Shown here piece after piece: positions 1-8,950 of a stretch of 64,000 nt of DNA; position 1 is the first letter of the stretch; each line of letters begins with the position of its first letter. Source of the stretch: a virus (lineage: Duplodnaviria > Caudoviricetes); the IMG/VR virus record IMGVR_UViG_3300017766_003039, positions 2,985 to 66,984 of that record; one strand, given 5' to 3'. Both the position numbers and the translations under genes were made by a program. The notes beneath the pieces were generated by a model, which was given only the letters and a program-made list of their open reading frames with translations, was not told the DNA's origin and did not search any database.

Positions 1-1
1 G

Positions 2-289
2 GGTCACGCCATCATCGACGGCGAGGAGCAGGACCGGGGTATCGACTGGCGCTGCGCTATCAACGGGGCGACCGACTACATCGAAAAGGATCCGCACAAT
101 CCCGAATACCAATGCCGGATTCCGCTCAGCGCGGAGAAGGTCTGGCCTTGGTGCGCCAAGCACGAGATCGACGAGCCGACCTACAGGTTCATGCTCGACC
201 ACGGGAAGTACGCCCGAGAGCACGCCAAGCACCTACCCGATGCCCAGCCGCGGAAGGCGATCGACCGGCGCGGGCCTTCAGTTTTCTAG
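2..289 (+). CDS. Partial (5'-truncated) hypothetical phage protein
   Basis: Open frame from the window edge, GHAIIDGEEQ...VWPWCAKHEIDEPTYRFML...PRKAIDRRGPSVF*, followed by an RBS (AGGAGA) for the next gene; missed by the ORF track. Confidence 0.75.
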   Translation, partial: GHAIIDGEEQDRGIDWRCAINGATDYIEKDPHNPEYQCRIPLSAEKVWPWCAKHEIDEPTYRFMLDHGKYAREHAKHLPDAQPRKAIDRRGPSVF

Positions 290-297
290 GAGACAAC

Positions 298-594
298 ATG
301 CTTACCGAAGATGGACTGGCGCTGATCCTGTCGCGCATCGAAGCCAAGGCTGTGCAGAGCAGTGACAATCGCGGGCTCTACATGGCAGAGAAAAGGAAGG
401 TCGACGACCTGGAGCGGCGCCTACGCCAAGCCAACTACACCATCGGGCAAAAGGTCGCCGACCTCAAAGCCGCCGAGGACAAGATTGCCGAATGGCTATC
501 GCACTCGGAAAGCCTGTCCCGTCTCGTGTCCAAGGGACGCCGCAAGGAAATCCCACCGTTGCCCAAGCCCTTCGAAACTGAAATCCCGTTCTAG
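298..594 (+). CDS. Hypothetical protein
   Basis: ATG at 298 after AGGAGA; MLTEDGLALILSR...EIPF. Confidence 0.75.
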   Translation: MLTEDGLALILSRIEAKAVQSSDNRGLYMAEKRKVDDLERRLRQANYTIGQKVADLKAAEDKIAEWLSHSESLSRLVSKGRRKEIPPLPKPFETEIPF

Positions 595-602
595 GAGATC
601 AC

Positions 603-935
603 ATGAAAATCATCGGCAAGACGGAGACCGGCTTTATTGCCGAGCTAACACAGGGCGATCTGGCTGCGCTGGTAGGCGAGTCCTATTTCAGCGGCGAGGC
701 CTGCGTGAAGAAGATGCAGGACATCGGCCTGAAGTCCGCGGCCAGTTATCACGGCGCCAGCCAAGTCGTGGTCGGCGCCACCATCGACCTGAGCGGCCGG
801 TTCAGCCGGGTTACCCAACTCGAATACAAACATACCCAGTTGCAGGGAACGGCCAAAACCCTCCGGGAGATGGCCGATCTTATGGAGCACCTGGGCAACG
901 CGGTAATTGTGCCGCCCGAGCCGGAGGCGAAGTAA
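603..935 (+). CDS. Hypothetical protein
   Basis: RBS AGGAGA; stop overlaps next start (TAATG). Confidence 0.75.
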   Translation: MKIIGKTETGFIAELTQGDLAALVGESYFSGEACVKKMQDIGLKSAASYHGASQVVVGATIDLSGRFSRVTQLEYKHTQLQGTAKTLREMADLMEHLGNAVIVPPEPEAK

Positions 936-1699
936 TGGAAGCCGAGAACCCCCGCGTCAAACTGGGCGACAACAATCCCCCTGATCCGCTCATCACCGAA
1001 GCGGACGAGCGCGTCGACACGGCCAACAAGTGGCTGACCGACCGCAAGGAAATCACCGATGCCGAGATGGCGGACAAGGCCAGCTTTTTCATCAGCCAGG
1101 TCGATGCCACCTTCAAGGCGCTCGATCGCCAGCGGCTCGATGCCAAGAACGATTTCCTCGCAGAGCAGGACAAGGTTTACAAAACGCCCCTGTCCCTGCT
1201 GGAACGCGCCAAGGCGAAGCTGGTCGAGATGCGCCGGGCATGGCTGCTGAAGGAGCAGACTCGGGTAGAGACCGAGCGCGCCGCGGCACAGAAGAAGATC
1301 GACGATGCCCGACGCGAGGCCGAGGAAGCCCAGAAGCGCGCCGAGAAGGAGGCCGCCAAGAAGAAGGGCGGCGACGTGCTGCGCACCGAGCTTGCCGCCG
1401 AGGAAGCCGCGGCCAAGGTTGCCGAGGCGGAGAAGGCAGCCGAGGCAGTTCCGGAGCGCGCCCAGATCAAGGGCGCCTACACCCGCACCGCCGTCGGCCT
1501 GCGGGATTACTGGAGCGCCGAGATCACCAATATCTCCGCCGCCTTCAAGCACTACAACGCCAAGAAGAACCCCTACCGCGACCAACTGGGGCTGGCGATC
1601 AAGGCCGCCCTGGAGGACATCGCCGACAAGGACGCCAAGAAGACCAAGGACATCACCAAGGCGCCCGAGGGTGTCACATTCAAGATGGAGAAACGCTAG
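935..1699 (+). CDS. Conserved phage coiled-coil protein with N-terminal GDNNPP motif
   Basis: MEAENPRVKLGDNNPPDPL..., helical; immediately upstream of the RecT-like gene; start coupled to upstream stop. Confidence 0.75.
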   Translation: MEAENPRVKLGDNNPPDPLITEADERVDTANKWLTDRKEITDAEMADKASFFISQVDATFKALDRQRLDAKNDFLAEQDKVYKTPLSLLERAKAKLVEMRRAWLLKEQTRVETERAAAQKKIDDARREAEEAQKRAEKEAAKKKGGDVLRTELAAEEAAAKVAEAEKAAEAVPERAQIKGAYTRTAVGLRDYWSAEITNISAAFKHYNAKKNPYRDQLGLAIKAALEDIADKDAKKTKDITKAPEGVTFKMEKR

Positions 1700-2773
1700 A
1701 TGAACGCCCCCACCAAGCCCGCAGAAGCGCCCCAACTTCCCGCCATGAGCACCGGCGGCAGGGTCGCCGCGATCGTGCCGGCCAGTTGGCAGGAGATCAC
1801 CGCCATCGCCAGTGCCATCTGCCGGGCGAACATGGCGCCCAAGAGCTATGTGCTGAACGGCGTGCCCCAGGCCGACAAGGTGGCGGTTGCCATCATGCAC
1901 GGGATGGAAGTCGGCCTGACGCCGATGGCGTCGCTACAGTCGCTTGCCGTGATCAACGGCATGCCGGGCCTGTACGGTGACGGCCTCATGGCCGTGGTCC
2001 GCGCATCCAACCAACTCGAGGATCTTCAGGAAGGACTGGAGGTCGACGATCAGGGCAAGCCGACGATCGCCTGGTGCAAGGTCAAGCGGAAGGGCGAGGC
2101 CTCGTGGAAGGAGCGCACCCTTACCTACGTCGAATGCCAACGCGCCGGCTGGACCAACAAGGACGGTCCGTGGAAGCTCACCCCAGGCCGCATGATGACG
2201 GTGCGCGTCCGCGGCTGGCTGCTCCGGGATATGTTCGCCGACGTCTTGCGCGGGCTGCATTCCGCCGAGGAATTGCAGGATCAGGCCATGGTCGACGTCA
2301 CGCCAGCCGGCACCGCAACGGTTGCTCCGGCCGAGCCCAACAAGAGCGATTACGTCGAGAAGCCCAAGGACCCGCCGCCGGCCGATCCCAAAGCCAAGCC
2401 CGAGAAACCGAAGCGCGCCGCCGCCCACAAGGGCAAGAAGGACGAGCCCGCCAAGGATACGCCCCCCGGAGGTGATAAGCCGGCCGACCAGAAGCCCGGC
2501 ATCACCGACGCGGTGGACGAGAACGACAAGCCCGCGGCCGACGACGAGCCGATCACGTTCGAAATGTTCGACACGGCCCGCAAGTTCTTCGACTTCAGCG
2601 ACGAGTGGCTGGAGGATCCGAAGCGCACCCCGGCAGAGGCCAAGGCTTGGGAGGAGTTCTACCGGGTCAAGATCAAGGAGATGGCGGAGCACAAGTTCGA
2701 ACGCATCCGCGAGGCGATCGCCATGACGCTCGGCCTCTATAGCGCCGTGCTGGCCAGGGAGACGCCGGCGTAA
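1700..2773 (+). CDS. recT: RecT-like single-strand annealing protein with low-complexity C-terminal region
   Basis: VAIMHGMEVGLTPMASLQSLAVINGMPGLYGD...W...P.RMMTVRVRGWLLRDMFADVLRG pattern typical of phage RecT-like recombinases. Confidence 0.75.
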   Translation: MNAPTKPAEAPQLPAMSTGGRVAAIVPASWQEITAIASAICRANMAPKSYVLNGVPQADKVAVAIMHGMEVGLTPMASLQSLAVINGMPGLYGDGLMAVVRASNQLEDLQEGLEVDDQGKPTIAWCKVKRKGEASWKERTLTYVECQRAGWTNKDGPWKLTPGRMMTVRVRGWLLRDMFADVLRGLHSAEELQDQAMVDVTPAGTATVAPAEPNKSDYVEKPKDPPPADPKAKPEKPKRAAAHKGKKDEPAKDTPPGGDKPADQKPGITDAVDENDKPAADDEPITFEMFDTARKFFDFSDEWLEDPKRTPAEAKAWEEFYRVKIKEMAEHKFERIREAIAMTLGLYSAVLARETPA

Positions 2774-3231
2774 TGGCCGTCCAGACCTACATCATCCGGG
2801 AGGAACGGGACCGCCGCTTTGCGCTGGTGGCGGTCCAGCGGGCGCCAATCGGCATGCAGGTTCGCATCAGCAAGCCGACGCGCAGCGATACCCAGAACGC
2901 CGCCATCCATGCGTGCCTCACGGATATCGCCGAGCAGTTGGCGTGGCCCCCACCCCCGCGGAACGATGGCGAGTTCCACGATCTAGTCTGGTGGAAGCGC
3001 CGCTGCACGCTGGGCTGGCTGATCGAGACCAAGCAGGAGCGGGAAATGGTAACGGCACTGGAGGGCGACGAGTTCGCTTTCCTGCTGCCCCACACCAGCG
3101 ACCTGAATACCGAGCAGTGCGCCGCCTTGCGTGAGTGGATTTATATGTTCGGCGCCACCAACGGCGTCGTGTTCAAGGAACCAAAGCGCGGGCCAGAACC
3201 GCCGCCGCCAGAGCCGGGGGATTACCGATGA
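2773..3231 (+). CDS. ninB: NinB/Orf-family recombination mediator
   Basis: PTRSDTQNAAIHACLTDIAEQLAW...WKR...TSDLNTEQCAALREWIYMFGATNGVVF matches the NinB pattern. Confidence 0.8.
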   Translation: MAVQTYIIREERDRRFALVAVQRAPIGMQVRISKPTRSDTQNAAIHACLTDIAEQLAWPPPPRNDGEFHDLVWWKRRCTLGWLIETKQEREMVTALEGDEFAFLLPHTSDLNTEQCAALREWIYMFGATNGVVFKEPKRGPEPPPPEPGDYR

Positions 3232-3317
3232 CAGTCAAATGGCCTTTCACCACGGGCTTCCTCTTCGGCATGATCGCGGGCATGTGGCTCGCTCGTTTGA
3301 TATGGAGCCTAGTCTAA
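3228..3317 (+). CDS. Small membrane peptide (29 aa)
   Basis: ATGA overlap with upstream gene; hydrophobic MTVKWPFTTGFLFGMIAGMWLARLIWSLV. Confidence 0.5.
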   Translation: MTVKWPFTTGFLFGMIAGMWLARLIWSLV

Positions 3318-3778
3318 TGTCATTCGCCCGCGGCAAAGACGCCCAAGCCCGCAAGAAGGTCAAGGCCAGCAGGCCGAAGAACCTGGTGCCCAAGGCGCTG
3401 GGCGTCTCGCAGGATCCAAAGGGCCCGGTCTACTGCGAGAAGCACCTTGCATTAGTGCGCGCCCAGAAGTGTCTGGTCACGGGCGACCTTGGTTGCGTTG
3501 CTCACCATGCTCGTGAGCTCGTAGTGCGCTCCGGCGGCAAGCGCGTCACCGACTTCCTCGCGGTCCCGTTGCGCCCAGATTGGCACGACGGCGAAAACTA
3601 TTCCCTGCACAAGACCAACAACGCCCGCTGGTGGGACAAGAATTACACGGGCCGCGCCGGAGTGTTCCGGTGGCTCAAGGGCTTCTTTCTCCGCCACTAC
3701 CCACACGGCCATCCCGGCGTGACCCAAGCCCTCGAGATGATCGCAACCGAAGAAGCCAAGATGAAGGACGCAACATGA
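3317..3778 (+). CDS. DUF968-like putative recombination nuclease
   Basis: KHLALVRAQKCLVTG...AHHAR...DFLAVPLRPDWH...LH resembles the DUF968/HNH-like core. Confidence 0.6.
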   Translation: MSFARGKDAQARKKVKASRPKNLVPKALGVSQDPKGPVYCEKHLALVRAQKCLVTGDLGCVAHHARELVVRSGGKRVTDFLAVPLRPDWHDGENYSLHKTNNARWWDKNYTGRAGVFRWLKGFFLRHYPHGHPGVTQALEMIATEEAKMKDAT

Positions 3779-4122
3779 TGGACGGCATCACCATGGGCAG
3801 GCAGCCCGACGGCCGGAACCGGCGCCTGATCCGCAGCAAGGCCGCAATCATGGAAGCCACCCGCCGCGCCATGCAGTCCGGCATCTTCCAGCCCGCCGTG
3901 ACCGAAGTGGCCAAGGCCGCCGGTGTCTCTGTCCGGACCGTTTTTCAGCACTACGGCAATATCGAAGTCCTGCGCCGCGCCGCGCTCGAGGACAACGCCA
4001 CCTTCCAGGCCATCCTCGATATCGCCATGGGTAGCACCAAATGGCGCGAGGCCGTCACCCTGCCAATCGGCGCCGGCGATCGCATCGTGATCGGGATCGT
4101 CCTGGGGAGGCTGCCGACATGA
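3775..4122 (+). CDS. TetR-like helix-turn-helix protein with truncated C-terminal domain
   Basis: RSKAAIMEATRRAM...PAVTEVAKAAGVSVRTVFQHYGNIEVL is a TetR N-terminal HTH. Confidence 0.75.
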   Translation: MMDGITMGRQPDGRNRRLIRSKAAIMEATRRAMQSGIFQPAVTEVAKAAGVSVRTVFQHYGNIEVLRRAALEDNATFQAILDIAMGSTKWREAVTLPIGAGDRIVIGIVLGRLPT

Positions 4123-4634
4123 GCAAAGACAATCTACCCACCGCTGACGCGCTCGGGAATCCCGCCTCGACACCTTCCGACTCTGGTTCGGTGACGCAGC
4201 ATTTCGTGACGTTCTACAGCCCCGGCACTTTCATGTCGGAGCAGGACCAGAAACCAATCGCGTCTTGGGACGTTGAAGCCGCCCAGCAGATGGCGCGCTC
4301 GATCACGCAGCGACACGGCGCGACGCCCTATGGATTTCGCTTTTCAACGCGCGGGCGCGGCCCCAAGGACCCCGACAGCAAGGAAGTCGCCAGCAGCAAC
4401 ATGTACTACCTCGGCGGCCGGATCGAGACGCGCGAGGAAGTCGAGGCCCGCAACGACCCGAAGGAAGAAACCCTTCGATGGAATATGCGCGTCAACAGGA
4501 TCGACCGCATCCTCATCAACGACAATTCCTGGCGCTTCACGACCGCATTGAAGGACGGCGATGTCGTTCTCGATTGGAAGGCGTCCGGTATCACCCCCAG
4601 TTCCACAGACGGAGAAGACGGAGGCACGACATGA
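4119..4634 (+). CDS. Hypothetical protein
   Basis: ATGA overlaps at both ends; HFVTFYSPGTFMSE... Confidence 0.7.
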   Translation: MSKDNLPTADALGNPASTPSDSGSVTQHFVTFYSPGTFMSEQDQKPIASWDVEAAQQMARSITQRHGATPYGFRFSTRGRGPKDPDSKEVASSNMYYLGGRIETREEVEARNDPKEETLRWNMRVNRIDRILINDNSWRFTTALKDGDVVLDWKASGITPSSTDGEDGGTT

Positions 4635-5026
4635 GCGAATTAACCCTCAAGGAAAAGACCTCCTACGCCTCAATGCGCGCCGCAGAAATCGCGGCCGAAA
4701 AGCACTTCTTCGATGCGGCTCAGCCATTCTTTCCGCTCGGCTTCTCCATCGGCTATCGCAACCCGGGCCACTGGGATGTGTACGCGGAACAGTGCCCCGG
4801 CAAGGTATCGGCATGGCGGCACGCTCACCCCAATGGCTCGACATCTGACAAAGATGGCGGCCGTGAGCGAGCGTTTCGCATACGTGGCAAACCCGGTGAC
4901 GTTGTGGTGATGGACGAGCGTTGGAACCCGCGCCGGCCACATCCTCGCGAGAGCATGAATTTTCGCAGCGTGCTGGCCGCCATGCTTTGGATCGTCGAGG
5001 AATTGATGCAGGAGCCCACCCCATGA
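4631..5026 (+). CDS. Hypothetical protein
   Basis: ATGA-coupled; MSELTLKEKTSY... Confidence 0.7.
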   Translation: MSELTLKEKTSYASMRAAEIAAEKHFFDAAQPFFPLGFSIGYRNPGHWDVYAEQCPGKVSAWRHAHPNGSTSDKDGGRERAFRIRGKPGDVVVMDERWNPRRPHPRESMNFRSVLAAMLWIVEELMQEPTP

Positions 5027-5352
5027 CAGACAAACCAGACGCTGGAGAACACACAATGACAAAGAAGCAGGCCCAATGGCGCACGAGCCGCCTCGACGTG
5101 GCGAGCTTCGACGCCGAAACCGGCCTTCAGGTTTCGTACATCTATCCTCCCGGCGACGCCCAACGCATCCAGGTTGGGGGCGATGACCCGGTAAGTGCCG
5201 CCGCTCTCATCGTCTCCAGAATGAACGGCCTGCTCAATGCAGTCCGCGATCTGGTCGAGGTAGATGATGCCAGCGTACCACTCTCGGGCGACGAAGTTCG
5301 CAATCGCCTTGCCGCCGCGAACGCTGCTATCGCCAAGGCGGAAATGGCATGA
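5023..5352 (+). CDS. Hypothetical protein
   Basis: ATGA-coupled; a second in-frame ATG at 5056 has its own RBS. Confidence 0.65.
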   Translation: MTDKPDAGEHTMTKKQAQWRTSRLDVASFDAETGLQVSYIYPPGDAQRIQVGGDDPVSAAALIVSRMNGLLNAVRDLVEVDDASVPLSGDEVRNRLAAANAAIAKAEMA

Positions 5353-5669
5353 AGCGGCCCATCACAAGCAACGCCGACGAATGGCAGCTTTGGCTTCAGG
5401 ATCACGCCGACAGCGGAGACGCCTATAAGGCAGTCCAGATTGCTGAAGCCATCGACACCGCCCGCCTCTCCTCCTCCAAGCGGATAGAGGAACTGGAGAA
5501 GGCGCTGGAGAGAATTAGCCGAACACCAACTATGCCTTTTCCTGACGCCGGCGCGCATTCAGTGGCAGCCTGGGGCAGTGCCGTTTATTTAGCGTGGAAA
5601 CAAATCCAAAACATCGCCCGCGCCGCCCTCTCTCCCTCTAATGGGGGAGGAGAAATGGCCGGCGGCTAG
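5349..5669 (+). CDS. Hypothetical protein, last gene of the + strand block
   Basis: ATGA-coupled; converges on the lysis block with overlapping stops. Confidence 0.65.
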   Translation: MKRPITSNADEWQLWLQDHADSGDAYKAVQIAEAIDTARLSSSKRIEELEKALERISRTPTMPFPDAGAHSVAAWGSAVYLAWKQIQNIARAALSPSNGGGEMAGG

Positions 5670-5866
5670 TCCGGATCCTTGTTGAGCGCCGCCCGCAGCA
5701 CGGCGATCTCGGCATTTAGCGCGTCCCAGTCAGCAGCCGTCGGCTCTCGCCCGCTGGTCAGAATGTCAGAAACCCGGTCCGAGATGTTCTTGATCTCGAG
5801 CCCGGCCTGGATAGCCGTCGGCAGCAGGGCGATGACCTGGAGCAGGATGAGCATGTTGTTGTCCAT
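5666..5866 (-). CDS. Small lysis-region protein with hydrophobic N-terminus (possible spanin partner)
   Basis: MDNNMLILLQVIALLP..., last gene of the lysis cassette. Confidence 0.6.
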   Translation of the reverse strand: MDNNMLILLQVIALLPTAIQAGLEIKNISDRVSDILTSGREPTAADWDALNAEIAVLRAALNKDPD

Positions 5867-5873
5867 GGCTGGC

Positions 5874-6251
5874 CTATTTTACGCTGTAGGTGGTGAGCAC
5901 GGTCTGGAGCAGCTTGACCGCCTCCGTCGCCGACCGGGCCGCGGCGATCGCCACACTGTCCTGGACGCCCGGCTGGCGGACGATGGCCTCTGCCCCGTCC
6001 AGGGCGGCGCCGGCCACGGCATCGGCCTTTCGCAGTTGCAGCACGACGCTCTCGTCCGAGCAGATCGGGGGCGACGCCGGCCGGCCGCAGCGGGGGATGG
6101 CGTTGTACTTTGTGGCCACCACCAGCGCCCCGACGTAGGCCGTCTTGGCAGCAAAGACCGACTGGGCCGGGCTGGGCGAGCCGGACTGGCCCGGAGCCCC
6201 ACAGGCAGCCACGAAACCGGCCAAAGCGATCGAGATAAGCAAGCGGGTCAT
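5874..6251 (-). CDS. Lipoprotein in lysis cassette (spanin-like role possible)
   Basis: Signal peptide with lipobox FVAA-C (MTRLLISIALAGFVAAC). Confidence 0.7.
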   Translation of the reverse strand: MTRLLISIALAGFVAACGAPGQSGSPSPAQSVFAAKTAYVGALVVATKYNAIPRCGRPASPPICSDESVVLQLRKADAVAGAALDGAEAIVRQPGVQDSVAIAAARSATEAVKLLQTVLTTYSVK

Positions 6252-6262
6252 GGGGACCTCCT

Positions 6263-6568
6263 TCAGACGGGGCTAACGCCGTTAACCTTGGGATCGAGGG
6301 CCGCCGCCATGGCGCCCGCCGGGGCCGTGGGATCGACCGCCACATGGACGCCGGGCAGGGCGCCGGCCGCCGCCACTACCTGCTTGTCGGTCTTGCGCAG
6401 CAGCCCCCACACGAAGCTGATCGCCGGCGGCACGACCACCAGGGCGACCGTCAGCAGGTTGTTGATCTGGCTTTGGGTGGCCCCCTGCGAGACCAGGTAG
6501 CCAGCGAGCGGCCCGCCAGTGGTCAGGAGCCAGCGGACGATGCTTTCGATCTGTGCTTGATTGGGCAA
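6263..6568 (-). CDS. Holin-like membrane protein
   Basis: Two hydrophobic segments, directly downstream of the endolysin. Confidence 0.6.
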   Translation of the reverse strand: MPNQAQIESIVRWLLTTGGPLAGYLVSQGATQSQINNLLTVALVVVPPAISFVWGLLRKTDKQVVAAAGALPGVHVAVDPTAPAGAMAAALDPKVNGVSPV

Positions 6569-6577
6569 TGTAGCCTC

Positions 6578-7117
6578 CTAGTCGTCGTTCAGTTCATCGA
6601 GCCGGTTGGCCCAGCCCGCGGCGAAGATGGCCTGCCGGTGATCCTTGCCGACATAGCGCAGCAGCAGTTCCCAGCGTTCGGATTTGATCCGGTAGTAGAG
6701 CTCGGGGATGTTCTTGCACAGCGCCAGGGCCGCCCGGGTCTTGGGCCCCAGGTCGCCATCGACGCCGCCGGGATTGAGACCCATGCCGAGCAGGGACGTC
6801 TGGAGCGCCTTGGTCGCCGCGCCAGGCCCGCTGTTCACGCCGAAGTCGACCATGAATTCCTGTAGCTCGGGATCCTCGATCGCATCAAAGCCCGGGGCAT
6901 AGAAATAGTTCTTCCGGTAAATCTGCCGGGCAACGTCGATCGGCAGCATGGCCACCTCTTCGGCCGTCACCGGATAGCCGCGCCACTGGGACAGGGTGGC
7001 CTGCGTGATGCCCCAGCAGGTAGGGCCGCCGGCGTCGGCGCTGTTATTCACATAGCCGCCTTCACGCTTGATGATCTTGCTGATCAGGTCTTCGACCTTC
7101 TGTGACGGAACAGCCAT
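6578..7117 (-). CDS. Endolysin, glycoside hydrolase family 108 with peptidoglycan-binding domain
   Basis: IIKREGGYVNNSADAGGPTCWGITQ...DFGVNSG...FAAGWANR; true start MAVPSQK at 7117. Confidence 0.92.
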   Translation of the reverse strand: MAVPSQKVEDLISKIIKREGGYVNNSADAGGPTCWGITQATLSQWRGYPVTAEEVAMLPIDVARQIYRKNYFYAPGFDAIEDPELQEFMVDFGVNSGPGAATKALQTSLLGMGLNPGGVDGDLGPKTRAALALCKNIPELYYRIKSERWELLLRYVGKDHRQAIFAAGWANRLDELNDD

Positions 7118-7491
7118 CAGTCGTCTCCTACCCGGTGCGGCTTCTTGTGCCAGACGGCCTCGCGGAAGATCGCCAGCACCTTGTCCATGAACCGGCCGTG
7201 CCGTGCGCACCAGCCGACGTTGACCAGCACCGACATCCACGCCCCGGACGTAATGATCGCAGCCAGCGACCAGATCATCATGCCGCTATTCCACGGGATG
7301 AAGATCGCCAAGATTGCACCGCCGAGCCAAAGCAACCTTGCGTAGGTCAGCGCGTTACGTTCATGGTTCACCAGCAGGGCATAGAACAGGAGCCCCGCAT
7401 TCACGGTGGCGACCAGCGACATGCCCTTCCAGAACAGAGGGGTCGACGCGCTCCAGAGCACATGCTGGAGATTGTTGGGATCGTTCATCAC
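7117..7491 (-). CDS. Multi-pass membrane protein (holin/antiholin candidate)
   Basis: About three hydrophobic helices; coupled to the endolysin. Confidence 0.6.
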   Translation of the reverse strand: MMNDPNNLQHVLWSASTPLFWKGMSLVATVNAGLLFYALLVNHERNALTYARLLWLGGAILAIFIPWNSGMMIWSLAAIITSGAWMSVLVNVGWCARHGRFMDKVLAIFREAVWHKKPHRVGDD

Positions 7492-7820
7492 GGCTTTTCC
7501 TTCTTGCCGAAGCGATCAATGAGCCAGCCAGCGACCGAGCCATCACGTTCAGTATACGCCTTCACAATAGGGTAGGCGCCGAAGCCCGCCCCCAGTCCGA
7601 TCGGCACCACGAAGAACACCGGCAGCGCGAGATATTCTGCCAGGAAGAGATAGCCGGAGGCCGAGAACAGGCACCCCAGCGCCGTCGCCTGAAGCGCACG
7701 CCATAGGTCGAATTGCTTCAGGACCGCATAGCCCAAGCTCGCAAACAGGGACAGGACCGTGGCGCCGGCCATGCCTTCCTGGTGCTTCGACAGCAACGTC
7801 CGCAACGGGGAATCGTCCAT
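7488..7820 (-). CDS. Multi-pass membrane protein (holin candidate)
   Basis: About three hydrophobic helices, basic C-terminus GKKEKP. Confidence 0.6.
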   Translation of the reverse strand: MDDSPLRTLLSKHQEGMAGATVLSLFASLGYAVLKQFDLWRALQATALGCLFSASGYLFLAEYLALPVFFVVPIGLGAGFGAYPIVKAYTERDGSVAGWLIDRFGKKEKP

Positions 7821-8057
7821 CTAGGGTTTCTTTTCCTCCGGGGGCTTCGGCTTCTTCGCCTCGAGTTCTTTGCGGGCCTGCGTCACGGCGGCTGCACAGA
7901 TGATCAGCCATTCTTGGTCGGTCGCAGCGCGGCATGCGCGCCCATACAGGATCACCGCCGTGTCGACCTCGGCATCCGACTTCTCGATGGGATTCCGCTG
8001 CTCTTGGGCCGCAGCCGGCCACGCGAGAAGAAACAGAGCAATCGCAACGCGCTTCAT
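7821..8057 (-). CDS. Small exported protein with Sec signal peptide
   Basis: RBS GGGAGG; MKRVAIALFLLAWPAAA-QEQ; two Cys. Confidence 0.65.
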   Translation of the reverse strand: MKRVAIALFLLAWPAAAQEQRNPIEKSDAEVDTAVILYGRACRAATDQEWLIICAAAVTQARKELEAKKPKPPEEKKP

Positions 8058-8067
8058 CGGTGCCTCC

Positions 8068-8895
8068 CTAGTAAGCACATGCCCAGTAGGTGACGGCATC
8101 AGACAAAAGGAACGCCGATGAGAGAGAAATGACCCGGAGTGCCGTAGTCGTAGGGGCCGCCAGCGCTGCCACCATGATGATAGCCGTGGAGCCAATAATA
8201 CTGTTGCCCGCATACATGCCGTAAGTCCAAGTGGCCGCCGCAGGAAGGGCGGTGCCAGATGTAACTGTATAATCTCCGGCGGCGTTCATGGTGATCGTAG
8301 CCGTGTAGCCGACGTTCCGGGTGACCGTGGTGCCACCGCCCGTCCAGGTGACGCAGAGGTAGGCGATGCGATCGGCCGCGGCGGCAAAGGAGGTGGCGTT
8401 CCCGCTGCTGGTGACTGGGCCCGTCAAATTGGCATTCGTCGTGACGGTGCCGGCCGTCAGTCCGGCAGCAGTACCCGTCAGGTTGGTGGCCACACCGGAT
8501 GCCGGCGTGCCTAGTACCGGGGCAATCAGCGTAGGCCCGTTGTTCAGAACGACCGTCGACCCGGTGCCGGTTGTCGTGGCCGCCGCCAGCGCGGTGCCGT
8601 TGCCTGCCAGCACTGGCGAATTGATCGACGTCGAAAGCGTAATAGCCGGCGTCGTAGTGGCCGTCGCCACTGAGCCCGCAAGCCCGTTCGCGCTGACGAC
8701 GGAAACGCTGGTGACCGTGCCGGAGCCGCCGCAGGCCTGATTGCCGACCTTGCCGGCCGCGACGTACAAGCACTGATTATTGGTCCCGCCGATAACCGGA
8801 GTGCGGCCAATGGCTATTTCATTTCCACCCGGGATCTGAGCTAGGGCGGGAAATGCCAGCAACGCGGCGAATAGGCCAATCAGGATGCGCTTCAT
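8068..8895 (-). CDS. Thr/Gly-rich fibre-like protein with signal peptide
   Basis: MKRILIGLFAALLAFPALA-Q; GTVTSVSVVSANG and TLIAPVLGTPASGVATNLTG motifs typical of phage fibre shafts. Confidence 0.7.
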   Translation of the reverse strand: MKRILIGLFAALLAFPALAQIPGGNEIAIGRTPVIGGTNNQCLYVAAGKVGNQACGGSGTVTSVSVVSANGLAGSVATATTTPAITLSTSINSPVLAGNGTALAAATTTGTGSTVVLNNGPTLIAPVLGTPASGVATNLTGTAAGLTAGTVTTNANLTGPVTSSGNATSFAAAADRIAYLCVTWTGGGTTVTRNVGYTATITMNAAGDYTVTSGTALPAAATWTYGMYAGNSIIGSTAIIMVAALAAPTTTALRVISLSSAFLLSDAVTYWACAY

Positions 8896-8950
8896 AGGGT
8901 GTCCTCTAGGTCACAAGATACCACGGGTTGTGTGGGAAACTAATCAACAT

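Noticed and set aside
112-934. Track starts at 112 and 362 for the first ORFs
   Set aside because: Upstream extensions overlap other genes; RBS-supported starts at 298 and 935 are more credible.
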